A stretch of 64,000 nt of DNA from Nitrospirota bacterium (GTDB lineage: Bacteria; Nitrospirota; UBA9217): NCBI GenBank assembly GCA_963840455.1, contig CAWIYV010000014.1, positions 192,001-256,000 on the forward strand, given 5' to 3'. Below the pieces are notes generated by a model. It searched no databases and was not told the origin of the DNA. It saw only the letters and a list, made by a program, of their open reading frames with translations. This document shows, in pieces, positions 47,459 to 58,062 of the stretch. Position 1 is the first letter of the stretch. Every line of letters starts with the position of its first letter. A program made the position numbers and the translations under genes.

Positions 47459-48478
47459 ATGCCAAAGAAAAAAGATCTAATTATCATTGCGTTGCTTATC
47501 GTCTCGATAGCAAGCCTTTCTCCCTATGTGGTCGCAGAATCCACAGATGGCTATGCAATCACAGCTACAGCCAACGTTAACGGTAGTATTTCTCCCTCCG
47601 GAATGGTCTCTGTTGTTGCAGGCGGCAGCCAGACCCTCACCATCACTCCTGAACCCGGGTACCAGATATTAAGTGTGATCGTTGACGGTGCGAACGCGGG
47701 AGCGGTGAACAGCTACATGTTCACGAACATCCAGGCGGACCATTCTATCGCCGCCTACTTTAAGGCCGTCACCTACACACTCACGGCAACGGCAGAAGCG
47801 AACGGCGCCATCAGTGCTCCGGGGGTGAACACGGTCAATCCCGGGAGCAGCATGACCTTCATGATCACTCCGAATGCTGGATATCACGTAGCTGACGTTC
47901 TGGTGGACGGTGCTTCAGCAGGTGCGGTGACTTCCTATGTCTTCACCAATGTGGCGGCCAGTCACACGATCGCAGCCGCGTTTGCTGAAAATGTGTGGTT
48001 CATTGTCAATGCCAGCGCAGGAGCGAACGGCAGCATCTCGCCGTCTGGCAGGGGGGCTGTGCTCGGAGGCACTAACCAGAAGTACGCGATCACCCCTGCT
48101 TCAGGTTACCGGGTGGCTGACCTGGTTGTTGACGGAGAATTCAAGGGCGAGCTTGCCTCGTATACCTTCTACAGCGTCCAGGCAGCACACACGATCAGTG
48201 TCAGCTTCGATCTCGATGTGTATACCATCAATGTTTCGGCGGTTATGGGAGGAAGCGTCACCATATCGGGGTCATCGATCACGGCGACTACGGTGATCGG
48301 TGGAAAGAGCAGCACGATCACGGTGAATCCGGGAGCGAATGTCACCTTGAAGATCACCCCGGACGCAGGGCGATCGGTGCGGAGCGTGATCGATAACGGT
48401 GCGAACAAAGGGGCAGTCACGACCTATACCCTGACGAACATCAAAGCGAATCACACGATTAATGCGTACTTCAAGTAA
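47459..48478 (+). CDS. Secreted protein with four divergent InlB B-like beta repeats
   Basis: Signal peptide; repeats of 'Y.ITA.A..NG.ISP.G...ITP..GY....V.VDG...Y.FTN..A.H.I.A.F'. Confidence 0.85.
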   Translation: MPKKKDLIIIALLIVSIASLSPYVVAESTDGYAITATANVNGSISPSGMVSVVAGGSQTLTITPEPGYQILSVIVDGANAGAVNSYMFTNIQADHSIAAYFKAVTYTLTATAEANGAISAPGVNTVNPGSSMTFMITPNAGYHVADVLVDGASAGAVTSYVFTNVAASHTIAAAFAENVWFIVNASAGANGSISPSGRGAVLGGTNQKYAITPASGYRVADLVVDGEFKGELASYTFYSVQAAHTISVSFDLDVYTINVSAVMGGSVTISGSSITATTVIGGKSSTITVNPGANVTLKITPDAGRSVRSVIDNGANKGAVTTYTLTNIKANHTINAYFK

Positions 48479-48506
48479 TATCATGATGGGATAACAAATT
48501 CTACCG

Positions 48507-48533
48507 AAGCCAGGCAGGAATGCCTGGCTTTTC
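48507..48533 (+). terminator. Intrinsic terminator
   Basis: AAGCCAGGCA-ggaa-TGCCTGGCTTTT. Confidence 0.65.
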
Positions 48534-48772
48534 AATAACTGGGGTTCTCCAAAAAATGATGCAGCCAAAGGTGAGAATTTTTGGTTTGCATGATACAACC
48601 TAGATCCTTTGCCTGTGTCACAAAATTGGCAGTGCAGTCATGTAGGTGAACTCAGCGAAGGCATTGGGCTTATCCGTACCGAATTTGTGCAGTACGCTCA
48701 AGGGGAGTGTTTCCGAGACGGGCAGTTTCAAAGTCCCCGTCAAATAATGAGCATGGATATTGCGAAGGGGGG

Positions 48773-49498
48773 TTACTTGCTTTCTTCGAGGAGGCGGTCC
48801 TTGAGACTTCTGGGTGAGATGCCGAAATGTGAGGGGATAAGTATTTCCTTCAGGTATATTTCCGGTTTTATTTTTTCACGCATCGCAACAGGAAGGAGAA
48901 ATGCAATCAACCCAGTTACGTAAAAATGATTTGGAAAGACTGACTTGTCGTTGCCAGCCCGGTTGTGCAGTATCATCCTGATAGCCCGGGCCGCTTCACT
49001 CTTTTCCTCATACTTGCCGTGGAACACCTGGACGATCCTCTTCTCAAGATGCTCCCGCAGTATCCTCATGCCGGGTTCTTTGTTCTGAAAGAAGTCGGGA
49101 GATATACGGAGGGCGTCAACGACTTGCTCATCGAGATCGAGGAGGCTCATCTTGCCCGACTCCACCATGCCACGGGTAATGTATTTCTCATAAAATGTCT
49201 TTTGCTCCCAAGAAGCATACTTGCCGTTTTCGAGGTCTTTAGTGACCTGGAAGAGAACACCCGATAATGAAAGGTGATCCGCGTAGTCCATGTATGCGAC
49301 ATATCGAAACCATCGGTTCTTCAGCTGTCCCTTTGGGGGTTGCGGAAAATAATTAAACTCGTGGAGACCGCCTTCAATTGGGAACGCGGTACCGACCAAC
49401 TCACCCGGCTTTATCCGAGAGAGTCCCGCCGCCTCCTTGTGGGCGGTGTACCGAAGCAATTGTTCCTTCGTCTTCTTCGTCTCCATCTTCATCACCAT
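48773..49498 (-). CDS. Hypothetical protein
   Basis: 241-aa ORF with no recognised motif. Confidence 0.6.
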   Translation of the reverse strand: MVMKMETKKTKEQLLRYTAHKEAAGLSRIKPGELVGTAFPIEGGLHEFNYFPQPPKGQLKNRWFRYVAYMDYADHLSLSGVLFQVTKDLENGKYASWEQKTFYEKYITRGMVESGKMSLLDLDEQVVDALRISPDFFQNKEPGMRILREHLEKRIVQVFHGKYEEKSEAARAIRMILHNRAGNDKSVFPNHFYVTGLIAFLLPVAMREKIKPEIYLKEILIPSHFGISPRSLKDRLLEESK

Positions 49499-49585
49499 TC
49501 GATATAAATCGTGCAGTCGAGAGGGTGGAGCAACAGTCGTGAAGCGGGTAATGCACTAAATGCATCAACGTCCCCAATGTGCCCC
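49497..49585 (+). mobile_element. Second remnant of the Y1 transposase 3' end
   Basis: tataaatcgtgcagtcgagagggtggag..aacgtccccaatgtgcccc matches ~45096-45142. Confidence 0.7.
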
Positions 49586-49586
49586 A

Positions 49587-49633
49587 GTCCAGTGCCTTTC
49601 CCGGCCATGACTGACGTCTGAGACGGCCGGTAG
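49587..49633 (+). repeat. 47-bp direct repeat with hairpin, copy 1
   Basis: Three mismatches versus 51192-51238; CCGGCC..GGCCGG stem. Confidence 0.8.
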
Positions 49634-49658
49634 TTCCCGGTTTTCAACTTCCGATGGT

Positions 49659-50897
49659 CTACTCGCACGGAAACTGCGCTTTCGCAGCAGCCCTGCACAC
49701 CATGGCCCCGAGACTCGGAAGATACTTGCACGCTTCCAGGGCCGCGACCTGGGAAGCGCAATTCGTCACCGCATCGCTTACCGACGGCCCCTGGCTCTGG
49801 ACCGCGGAGACCGGCATGACGGCGTCCGAAGCCTTTGCGGTCTTCAGGTCAACGAGTTTATTCTGCATCTGCTGGATATCGGCCAGGAGGTCCGCCATCT
49901 TCTTTTTATTCTGCAGCTCCTCCTCATCCCGGGTTGCCCGCGACGTCGATTCGATCATCGCCTCGACCACCACCTCGGGAATGCCCATTGTCTTGAGCTG
50001 GTCTATCTCGTCAAAGGAAAAGTCCTTGTACCTGCCCTTGCCCGACCGGATCTTTGCTGCAATGATATTGTTCCCGACGCCTTTCTTGCGGAACTCGGCT
50101 ATGTCGTGCACCCGTAAGCCTTCAGGACCGGTCAGGACGAGGCGGTATTTCTCAGGGACGAATTCTAATCCGTCCTCGTACGCAACGACGAACTTTCGGT
50201 GGTCCTCATACGACCCGTTCTGCATCCCGATGAGCGCCGCCATTGCCTGCAAGACCGGCCGCCTGTTGCCCGAGGAAGGAAAAGCCTTCAGGAACTGATC
50301 GTACGCATCGAACGTGTTCGCGCTTTTAGCCGCTTCGAACTCCTCTTTTCCGTCCGGAGGCGGAGGCGGGAGGATCCTGGCGTTGTCTGCTTCAGCATTC
50401 TCAGTCCGCGCGGCGGCTGCGGGCAGTCGTGCGGGTTTCTGCTGCTCCAGATAATTCGAAAGAAAAACGAGACACTTGTTAGCGCCTTCGCCCAATTTTG
50501 TAAGTTTCGCCATGGCGCCATCCACATCAGCCCCCTTCTCAATAAGCAGTTTCACCACGCCGGCGTGACCGCCGCAGGCAGCAGCGGAAAGAGGTGTCTG
50601 GCCTATCGTCGTGCCCGCGCTGTTCACGGCTGCACCTCTGTCAATCAAGACCTTGACGGCCTCCATGTGGCCGTTAAGAGATGCACACAACAAGGGAGTC
50701 GCGTTAAAATCGCCGCCGACTGACCACAGTCCACAACCCCCTCTCTCATCCACATTCCCGCCTTTATCAAGCAGCTCTTTTATGACAGGGGTATTCCCTT
50801 CGTATGCGGCGGTTGTTAATGCCCCACCAGTAACTGCGCACCCTGAGAACACGGATGATAAGAGGATGATGAAGACCAATGCCATAAGCTTTTTCAT
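49659..50897 (-). CDS. Ankyrin-repeat lipoprotein
   Basis: Lipobox FSGC; 'TPLLCASLNGH..VKVLI..GA' and 'TPLSAAACGGH..VKLLI..GA'. Confidence 0.85.
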   Translation of the reverse strand: MKKLMALVFIILLSSVFSGCAVTGGALTTAAYEGNTPVIKELLDKGGNVDERGGCGLWSVGGDFNATPLLCASLNGHMEAVKVLIDRGAAVNSAGTTIGQTPLSAAACGGHAGVVKLLIEKGADVDGAMAKLTKLGEGANKCLVFLSNYLEQQKPARLPAAAARTENAEADNARILPPPPPDGKEEFEAAKSANTFDAYDQFLKAFPSSGNRRPVLQAMAALIGMQNGSYEDHRKFVVAYEDGLEFVPEKYRLVLTGPEGLRVHDIAEFRKKGVGNNIIAAKIRSGKGRYKDFSFDEIDQLKTMGIPEVVVEAMIESTSRATRDEEELQNKKKMADLLADIQQMQNKLVDLKTAKASDAVMPVSAVQSQGPSVSDAVTNCASQVAALEACKYLPSLGAMVCRAAAKAQFPCE

Positions 50898-51191
50898 AAT
50901 CCGCCTCCACTTCATTATTCGTATTGTCATGATCTCGGCGTTGCAGTTACATAATTCTTTTGCATCTTATAAAAGATCACTGCAGCAAGGACCGCGGAAA
51001 GGCCAGGAACTTTCTCTTTCCTTGCCTACAAAGATACCATAAATAAAAAGTCTTGGCAAGAAAAATTGTGAATCCAGGGGCAAGCGTTTCTTGCAGCCCG
51101 GTGATGGTGTGGATCTGATGTGGGCCTTACTCGATTGTTGAGGATATCAGGATCAGGACCGTCGAGGGTCAGTCCTGAAAAGATGAAAATT

Positions 51192-51238
51192 GTCCAATGC
51201 CTTTTCCGGCCATGACTGATGTCTGAGACGGCCGGTAG
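51192..51238 (+). repeat. 47-bp direct repeat, copy 2, next to an inverted partial copy of the 39-bp repeat (~51165-51187)
   Basis: gtccaatgccttttccggccatgactgatgtctgagacggccggtag. Confidence 0.8.
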
Positions 51239-51338
51239 ATTACGGCAGATCACCGAAGTCAGATCGAAAGCCTTTCCCTCCCACCGGATAATCATCATTT
51301 CCGCAGCTTATAAATCCTCCAAATAACCCCATATTTGC

Positions 51339-51366
51339 TTGACAAGATAAGGTATTTTTGTATAAT
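51339..51366 (+). promoter_or_regulatory. Consensus sigma70 promoter of glyQS
   Basis: TTGACA-16 bp-TATAAT. Confidence 0.75.
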
Positions 51367-51427
51367 AGCACTCTATTTTTTCAGTACATTCCGATTCCTT
51401 CTCGGTTTTCCGAACAGAGGAAATAAT

Positions 51428-52297
51428 TTGACATTTCAAGAGCTTATACTGACCTTGCAGGATTACTGGGCTTCGAAGGGCTGCGTCATTCATCAGCCCT
51501 ACGATATTGAGGTCGGTGCAGGTACCTTCCATCCAGCCACTTTTTTGCGCGTGCTCGGGCCCGAGCCCTGGAGCACGGCCTACGTTCAGCCCTCGCGCCG
51601 GCCGACCGACGGCCGTTACGGCGAGAACCCCAACCGGATGCAGCACTACTATCAGTTCCAGGTGATCCTGAAGCCCCATCCGCAGAATGTCCAGGAACTT
51701 TACCTCGATAGCCTGGTCCGGCTCGGCATCAACCCCCTGAAGCACGACATCCGGTTCGTCGAGGATGACTGGGAATCGCCGACCCTCGGGGCATGGGGAT
51801 TGGGCTGGGAAGTCTGGCTGAACGGCATGGAAGTGACGCAGTTCACCTATTTCCAGCAAGTGGGCGGCATCGACCTGAAGCCCATCTCGGCCGAACTCAC
51901 CTACGGCATCGAGCGGCTCGCCATGTACCTGCAGGGCGTGAACAACGTCTTCGACCTCGCATGGACCAAGGATGTGAAATACGGCGATATCCACCATGAG
52001 ACCGAGGTCCAGTTCTCGAAGTACAATTTCGAGCTCTCGGATCGGGAGATGCTCTTCCGGCAGTTCGAGGCCTACGAGAAGGAATGCGAGAAGCTGATCA
52101 AGGCGGGCGTGGTGTTCCCGGCCTACGATTACTGTCTCAAGTGTTCGCACACGTTCAATCTCCTTGATGCGGCAGGCGCCATCAGCGTGACCGAGCGGAC
52201 CGGCTACATCGGCCGTGTCCGGAAGCTTGCCCGGCTCTGCGCCCATGCGTACCTGGCTGACCGGGAGGCGAAGGGCTTTCCGATGTTGAAAAGATAG
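51428..52297 (+). CDS. glyQ: Glycine-tRNA ligase alpha subunit
   Basis: 'GAGTFHPAT', '[14 protein letters not shown]', '[10 protein letters not shown]'; TTG start. Confidence 0.97.
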   Translation: MTFQELILTLQDYWASKGCVIHQPYDIEVGAGTFHPATFLRVLGPEPWSTAYVQPSRRPTDGRYGENPNRMQHYYQFQVILKPHPQNVQELYLDSLVRLGINPLKHDIRFVEDDWESPTLGAWGLGWEVWLNGMEVTQFTYFQQVGGIDLKPISAELTYGIERLAMYLQGVNNVFDLAWTKDVKYGDIHHETEVQFSKYNFELSDREMLFRQFEAYEKECEKLIKAGVVFPAYDYCLKCSHTFNLLDAAGAISVTERTGYIGRVRKLARLCAHAYLADREAKGFPMLKR

Positions 52298-52359
52298 AAT
52301 CAAAGCGTATTCCCGTGTTCATCTGTAGTTAATTTGCTGTCGATGGTATCGAGGTAATC

Positions 52360-54438
52360 TTGGCAAAAGAGTTCCTGCTGGAGATAGGCACCGAAGAGAT
52401 TCCGTCCCGCTTCGTCGGCCCCGCGCTGGAGAAGATGAAGGAGCTGTTCAGCCAGCTCCTCGCGTCGGGCCGCGTCGGCTCATCGGGCGAGATCAAGACC
52501 TACGGTACGCCGCGGCGCCTCGTCCTGCACGTCCCGGAACTGGATGAGCAACAGGCCGACATGTCCAAGGAAGTGCTCGGCCCGCCGAAGAAGATCGCTT
52601 TTGACGCGGACGGCAAGCCCACCAAGGCCGCGCTCGTCTTCGCTGAGAAGAACAACGTGACCGTGGACGCCCTGGGTATCAGGGCAACGGACAAGGGCGA
52701 GTACGTCGTCGCCCGCATCGACGAGAAGGGCGGCGACACGGCGGCGTGGCTCGGCCAGGTGCTTCCCGGGTTCATCCTGTCCATCCCGTTCCCCAAGTCC
52801 ATGCGGTGGATGGACAAGGACATCCGGTTCGCCCGGCCCATCCACTGGGTCCTGGCTATCTATGGCGGGGCCGTGGTGCCGTTCGAGCTGGGCGGCATCA
52901 AGAGCGGCAACGTCTCACGGGGCCATCGGTTCATGAGCCCCGGAGCCTTCATGGTCAAGGACTTCAAGTCCTACCAGCTCCAGGCCGAGCCGAACTTCGT
53001 GGTGATCGACCCCGAGGTGCGTAAGGCTCGCATCATGAAGCAGGTCGAGGAGCTGGCCAAGACGAAGAAGGGGATGGTGCTCGAGGACAGCGGGCTCGTG
53101 GACGAGGTGACAAACCTTGTGGAATACCCGGTGGCGGTCATGGGCTCGTTCAGCAAGGATTTCCTGCGCGTGCCAAAGGAGGTCCTGATCACGGCCATGC
53201 GCGAGCACCAGCGCTACTTCAGCGTCGTGGACGATCAGGGCAACCTTCTTCCCTACTTCATCACCATCAGCAACACGCGCGCCGAGGACATGGCCGTGGT
53301 CCAGGCCGGGAACGAGCGGGTGCTCACGGCGCGCATGTCCGATGCCGCCTACTTCTTCGACCACGACCTGAAGGTGCCGCTCGCGGCCCGCGTCGAGGGG
53401 CTCAAGAAGGTGACCTACCAGGAGAAGCTCGGATCGGTCTACGACAAGACCGAGCGGGTGAAGAAGCTTACCGGACACCTTGCCGCCATTATGCAGGCGG
53501 ACGCCAGGACCGCTGAGCGTGCGGCCTATCTGGCCAAGGCCGACCTGCTGTCGGGTGTCGTGGGCGAGTTTCCCAAGCTCCAGGGCGTCATGGGCAGCAA
53601 GTACGCCGTCCTGTCCGGCGAGGACCCGCAGGTCGCTGCGGCGATCGCCGAGCACTACCTCCCGCGCTTCGCCGGTGACGCGCTGCCAGGGTCGCTCGAA
53701 GGCATGTGCGTCGGCATCGCCGACCGGATCGACACCATCACGGGCTGCTTTGCCGTGGGTCTCGTCCCGAGCGGCTCCGAGGACCCCTACGGCCTCCGCA
53801 GGCAGTCCGTGGCCATCCTGTCCATGCTGTTCGACCGGGGTTTGCACCTCTCGCTCGCGGCGCTCGTTGCCGAGGCGTGCAAGGGACACGGTCTGAAGAA
53901 GGCTGACCAGGCGAAGGTGGAGTCAGAGGTCCTGGATTTTCTCCGGCAGCGGCTCGCGGGCCTGCTGACCACCGAAGGGCTCCGCTCCGATGTGGTGGAC
54001 GCGGCGCTCGCGGGGACCTTCGATGACCCGCTCGTCGCGAAGGAAAAGGTTCGGGCCCTTGACGCCTGGCGGACCTCCGACGACTACCGGCCGCTCGTGA
54101 CCGCGCTCAAGCGAGCGGGGAACATCGTGCCGAAGGATTTTGCGGGCGCGGTGAAGAAAGGCCTGCTCAAGGAAGAGGCCGAGAAGGACCTGTTCACCGC
54201 CTACACGGACATCAAGGACCGGGTGAAGGAAAAGACGGCGAAGCTCGATTTCCGGGGTGCCCTTGCCGACATAGCGTCGCTGCGGAACCCTGTTGACGCG
54301 TTCTTCGACAAGGTCATGGTGATGGACAAGGACGCCGAGGTGAAGCAGAACCGCCTGGCGCTGCTCGCCGGCATCACCGGGCTCTTCTCGATGATCGCCG
54401 ACTTCTCGCGGCTGGTGCTGAGCGCGGAGGAAAAGTAG
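52360..54438 (+). CDS. glyS: Glycine-tRNA ligase beta subunit
   Basis: 'LLEIGTEEIP', 'FPKSMRW', 'GS.DPY.LRR', 'NRLALL'. Confidence 0.97.
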   Translation: MAKEFLLEIGTEEIPSRFVGPALEKMKELFSQLLASGRVGSSGEIKTYGTPRRLVLHVPELDEQQADMSKEVLGPPKKIAFDADGKPTKAALVFAEKNNVTVDALGIRATDKGEYVVARIDEKGGDTAAWLGQVLPGFILSIPFPKSMRWMDKDIRFARPIHWVLAIYGGAVVPFELGGIKSGNVSRGHRFMSPGAFMVKDFKSYQLQAEPNFVVIDPEVRKARIMKQVEELAKTKKGMVLEDSGLVDEVTNLVEYPVAVMGSFSKDFLRVPKEVLITAMREHQRYFSVVDDQGNLLPYFITISNTRAEDMAVVQAGNERVLTARMSDAAYFFDHDLKVPLAARVEGLKKVTYQEKLGSVYDKTERVKKLTGHLAAIMQADARTAERAAYLAKADLLSGVVGEFPKLQGVMGSKYAVLSGEDPQVAAAIAEHYLPRFAGDALPGSLEGMCVGIADRIDTITGCFAVGLVPSGSEDPYGLRRQSVAILSMLFDRGLHLSLAALVAEACKGHGLKKADQAKVESEVLDFLRQRLAGLLTTEGLRSDVVDAALAGTFDDPLVAKEKVRALDAWRTSDDYRPLVTALKRAGNIVPKDFAGAVKKGLLKEEAEKDLFTAYTDIKDRVKEKTAKLDFRGALADIASLRNPVDAFFDKVMVMDKDAEVKQNRLALLAGITGLFSMIADFSRLVLSAEEK

Positions 54439-54492
54439 GGGCCAGAAGCCGGGAGCCAGGAGAACTTCCTCTGGCTTCTGACTTCTGGTTTC

Positions 54493-54684
54493 TGAATCCA
54501 GGAGCGAGCGCATCCCCCGCAGCTTGCTGCGGGATAGCGAGCGATTAGGATAAACCTACCCTGAGGATCGAAGCTCCAGGCCTCTTGCAGGAGGGAGCTT
54601 AAATCCAGGAGCGAGCGCATTCCGCAACGATAATATTCATTGAGGATCGAAGATTCCCTGCAGCTTGCTGCAGGGAGCTTCAAT
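54493..54684 (+). repeat. Tandem AATCCAGGAGCGAGCG palindromic element
   Basis: Matches 24447-24698; lies between glyS and ppdK. Confidence 0.85.
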
Positions 54685-54719
54685 TCTGACGATGTAAATC
54701 AGGCAGGGAGGAGCGTACC

Positions 54720-57404
54720 ATGGCAATTGCAAAAAAACTCATCTATTTCTTCGGGAATGGAAAGGCCGACGGGACCGGGACCATGAAGGACCTGCTCGGC
54801 GGGAAGGGCGCGGGCCTCGCGGAGATGACGAACGCGGGCGTCCCGGTGCCCCCGGGGTTCACCATCACGACCGAGGTATGCAACCTTTTCTACGACCTTG
54901 GCAAGCGCGTGCCTGAGGGGCTCGACGGCGAGATGCGGGACTACATGAAGAAGATAGAGGACGCGCTGGGCGGCAAGTTCAAGTTCGGCGACCTTGACCG
55001 TCCGCTGCTCGTGTCGGTGCGGTCAGGCTCCAAGTTCTCCATGCCCGGCATGATGGACACGGTGCTGAACCTGGGCCTGAACGACAAAACGATCAACGGC
55101 CTCATCCGCATGAGCGGCAACGAGCGGTTCGCCTGGGACGCCTACCGGCGGTTCATCCAGATGTTCGGCAACGTGGTGATGGGCATCGAAAAGGACGCCT
55201 TCGAGCACATCATCCACGACGTGAAGAAGAAACGGAAGCTCAAGCTCGACATCGATATGACCGCCGAGGACCTGAAGGGGCTCGTGGCCAAGTTCAAGGC
55301 AAGGGTGAAGCAGATCGCGAAGCGCGATTTCCCGCAGGACGTCTGGGAGCAGCTCATCATGGCCCGCGACGCGGTCTTCGGCTCCTGGAACAATCCCCGC
55401 GCCATCACCTACCGCAAGCTGAACGACATCCCGGGCAACCTCGGGACTGCCGTGAACGTGCAGGCCATGGTCTTCGGCAACATGGGCGAGACCTCTGCCA
55501 CGGGCGTAGGCTTCACCCGCGACCCATCGACGGGCGCCAAGGTGTTCTACGGCGAGTACCTGACGAACGCCCAGGGAGAGGACGTGGTGGCCGGCATCCG
55601 GACGCCGCACCCCATTGCGGACCTCGAGAAGGAGATGCCCGAGGTGTACAAACAGCTCCGCGAGATCACGACCAAGCTCGAGCGCCACTACCGGGATATA
55701 CAGGACTTCGAGTTCACCGTGCAGGAAGGCAAGCTCTTCATGCTCCAGACCCGGACGGGCAAGCGCACGGCCCATGCCGCGGTGAAGATCGCTGTGGACA
55801 TGGTGCAGGAGGGCCTCATCACGAAGGAGGAAGCGGTGCTGCGCGTCGAGCCTGCCTCACTCGACCAGCTGCTCCATCCTGTCATCGACCCCAAGGCGAA
55901 GGTCGAGGTGATCGCCAGGGGCCTGCCGGCCTCCCCGGGCGCCGCATCCGGCAAGGTCGTGTTCACGGCCGACGAGGCGGTCCGGCTCGCGAAGACAGGG
56001 AAGGTCATCCTGGTTCGCCCCGAGACCACGCCGGACGACATCCACGGCATGGACGCGGCCAAGGGCATCCTGACGGCTCGGGGCGGCATGACGTCCCACG
56101 CGGCCGTGGTCGCCCGCGGTATGGGCAAGCCCTGCGTTGCGGGCTGCGAGTCCATCCGCGTGGACCTTAAGGCAGAGAAGTTCTTTGTCGGCAAGTACAC
56201 CGTGAAGGTGGGCGACTTCATCACCATCGATGGCGGCACGGGCCGCGTCATCGTCGGCAAGGTGCAGACCAAGGACCCCGAGGTGAGCGGCGATTTCGGC
56301 ACGCTCATGAAGTGGGCCGACGAAGTTCGCACCATGGGCGTCCGGGCCAACGCGGACATCCCGCGCGACGCCAAGATGGCCCGGCAGTTCGGCGCCGAGG
56401 GCATCGGCCTCTGCCGCACGGAGCACATGTTCTTCGCCGAGGACCGGCTGCCCATCGTGCAGCAGATGATCCTCGCCAATACAACAGAGGCACGCGAGAA
56501 GGCGCTGAACAAGCTGCTTCCCATGCAGCGGTCGGACTTCAAGGGCCTCTTCGAGGCCATGGCCGGCCTGCCGGTCACCATCCGCCTGCTGGACCCGCCG
56601 CTCCATGAGTTCCTGCCGAAGCGTGAGGAGCTCATGGTCGAGATCGCGGTGATGCAGGCCAAGAAGGCATCCCGGTCGGTCATCGCCAAGAAGGAGAAGC
56701 TCCTCCACCGCGTCGAGGAGCTCCACGAGTTCAATCCTATGCTCGGCCACCGCGGCTGCCGCCTCGGCATCGTGTACCCCGAGATCACGCGCATGCAGGT
56801 CCGGGCCATCATCGAGGCCGCCTGCGAGCTCGCGAAGAAGGGCAAGAAGGTCGTGCCGGAGATCATGGTGCCGCTCGTGGGCATGAAGAAGGAGCTGGAG
56901 CACCAGAAGGAGCTCATCAAGCGCACGGCCGACGAAGTGATGCAGAAGAAGGGCGTGAAGATCGAATACATGGTCGGCACGATGATCGAGCTGCCGCGCG
57001 CCGCCATCGTCGCCGACGAGATCGCCAAGGCTGCAGAGTTCTTCTCCTTCGGCACGAACGACCTGACCCAGACCACCTTCGGGTTCAGCCGCGACGACGC
57101 GGGCAAGTTCATCAATTATTACACCGAGAACGGCATCATGGAGAAGGACCCCTTCCAGACCCTGGACATAGAGGGAGTGGGCCAGCTGGTGAAGATGGGC
57201 GTCACCAAGGGACGCTCGACGCGCAAGGACCTCAAGGTCGGCATCTGCGGCGAGCACGGCGGAGACCCGGCGAGCGTGGAGTTCTGCTTCAGGGTCGGCC
57301 TCAATTACGTAAGCTGCTCGCCCTTCCGCGTGCCCATCGCGAGGCTGGCGGCCGCCCAAGCCAAGCTCAAGGAAAAGGGCGTGGGCGGTTCAGGGACGAA
57401 GTAA
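54720..57404 (+). CDS. ppdK: Pyruvate, phosphate dikinase
   Basis: 'LLGGKGAGLAEM', 'GGMTSHAAVVARG', 'GLCRTEHMF', 'SFGTNDLTQ'. Confidence 0.98.
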   Translation: MAIAKKLIYFFGNGKADGTGTMKDLLGGKGAGLAEMTNAGVPVPPGFTITTEVCNLFYDLGKRVPEGLDGEMRDYMKKIEDALGGKFKFGDLDRPLLVSVRSGSKFSMPGMMDTVLNLGLNDKTINGLIRMSGNERFAWDAYRRFIQMFGNVVMGIEKDAFEHIIHDVKKKRKLKLDIDMTAEDLKGLVAKFKARVKQIAKRDFPQDVWEQLIMARDAVFGSWNNPRAITYRKLNDIPGNLGTAVNVQAMVFGNMGETSATGVGFTRDPSTGAKVFYGEYLTNAQGEDVVAGIRTPHPIADLEKEMPEVYKQLREITTKLERHYRDIQDFEFTVQEGKLFMLQTRTGKRTAHAAVKIAVDMVQEGLITKEEAVLRVEPASLDQLLHPVIDPKAKVEVIARGLPASPGAASGKVVFTADEAVRLAKTGKVILVRPETTPDDIHGMDAAKGILTARGGMTSHAAVVARGMGKPCVAGCESIRVDLKAEKFFVGKYTVKVGDFITIDGGTGRVIVGKVQTKDPEVSGDFGTLMKWADEVRTMGVRANADIPRDAKMARQFGAEGIGLCRTEHMFFAEDRLPIVQQMILANTTEAREKALNKLLPMQRSDFKGLFEAMAGLPVTIRLLDPPLHEFLPKREELMVEIAVMQAKKASRSVIAKKEKLLHRVEELHEFNPMLGHRGCRLGIVYPEITRMQVRAIIEAACELAKKGKKVVPEIMVPLVGMKKELEHQKELIKRTADEVMQKKGVKIEYMVGTMIELPRAAIVADEIAKAAEFFSFGTNDLTQTTFGFSRDDAGKFINYYTENGIMEKDPFQTLDIEGVGQLVKMGVTKGRSTRKDLKVGICGEHGGDPASVEFCFRVGLNYVSCSPFRVPIARLAAAQAKLKEKGVGGSGTK

Positions 57405-57423
57405 TGTTACATTAACGAATTGT

Positions 57424-57450
57424 GAGGGCGGCCCTCCCTGGGCCGCCCTT
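57424..57450 (+). terminator. Hairpin after ppdK (probable terminator)
   Basis: AGGGCGGCCC..GGGCCGCCCT with a short U tract. Confidence 0.55.
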
Positions 57451-57479
57451 CGTGTTAGCGGTGAGGGAACGGCGGTGGA

Positions 57480-57899
57480 GTGAAAATGCAGGATGGCAAG
57501 ATACGATTAGCCGACGTAAAATTCAAAGCTGTCATTGTCGGCGCTGTCGCGGACAACGCCGGGACCCTGCTCGTCATGACGCTTCTGGCCGCAGCGCTGG
57601 TGTCAGCGGGCCTTTCCGAGGACGAGGTCATGAGCCGGATGAAGAGCACGAGCGGCCTGCTCCTTGGTCTCATCATCGGCATGGGCTTCACAGTGCTCGG
57701 CGGTTATATCGCGGGCAGGATCGCGCGTCAGCATGAACGCACGCACGGCGCGCTGGTCGCGGTCATCGGCATGGTCATCGCGCTGATCTTCCGGGATGGC
57801 GGCGACCCGGCGTGGTTCGACATCGCGGGGTTCGCCGGCATGCTCCCGGCGGGGATTCTCGGCGGTCGTCTGGCGTGGCAGCGGCGCACACCACGCTGA
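57480..57899 (+). CDS. Four-TM membrane hypothetical protein
   Basis: Hydrophobic helices, 'GGYIAGRIA' motif. Confidence 0.7.
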   Translation: MKMQDGKIRLADVKFKAVIVGAVADNAGTLLVMTLLAAALVSAGLSEDEVMSRMKSTSGLLLGLIIGMGFTVLGGYIAGRIARQHERTHGALVAVIGMVIALIFRDGGDPAWFDIAGFAGMLPAGILGGRLAWQRRTPR

Positions 57900-58062
57900 A
57901 TGATCCGTGCCTGTACGGCATCTCTGCGCCATTCTTTCCAAAAGGGTCAATAGGATATCGAGACTGCTCGAAAACGTTACAACGTACGAAAAGGGCGACC
58001 AAGTGGCCGCCCTTTTCTTTGTCGTCATCATGGTTATCGTCAGACATGCAGGATGTTAGCGT

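Noticed and set aside
49587-49633. 47-bp repeat as a hammerhead ribozyme
   Set aside because: Lacks the CUGAUGA...GAAA core in the required arrangement
51367-51427. T-box riboswitch before glyQS
   Set aside because: Leader is only ~60 nt and lacks the T-box consensus
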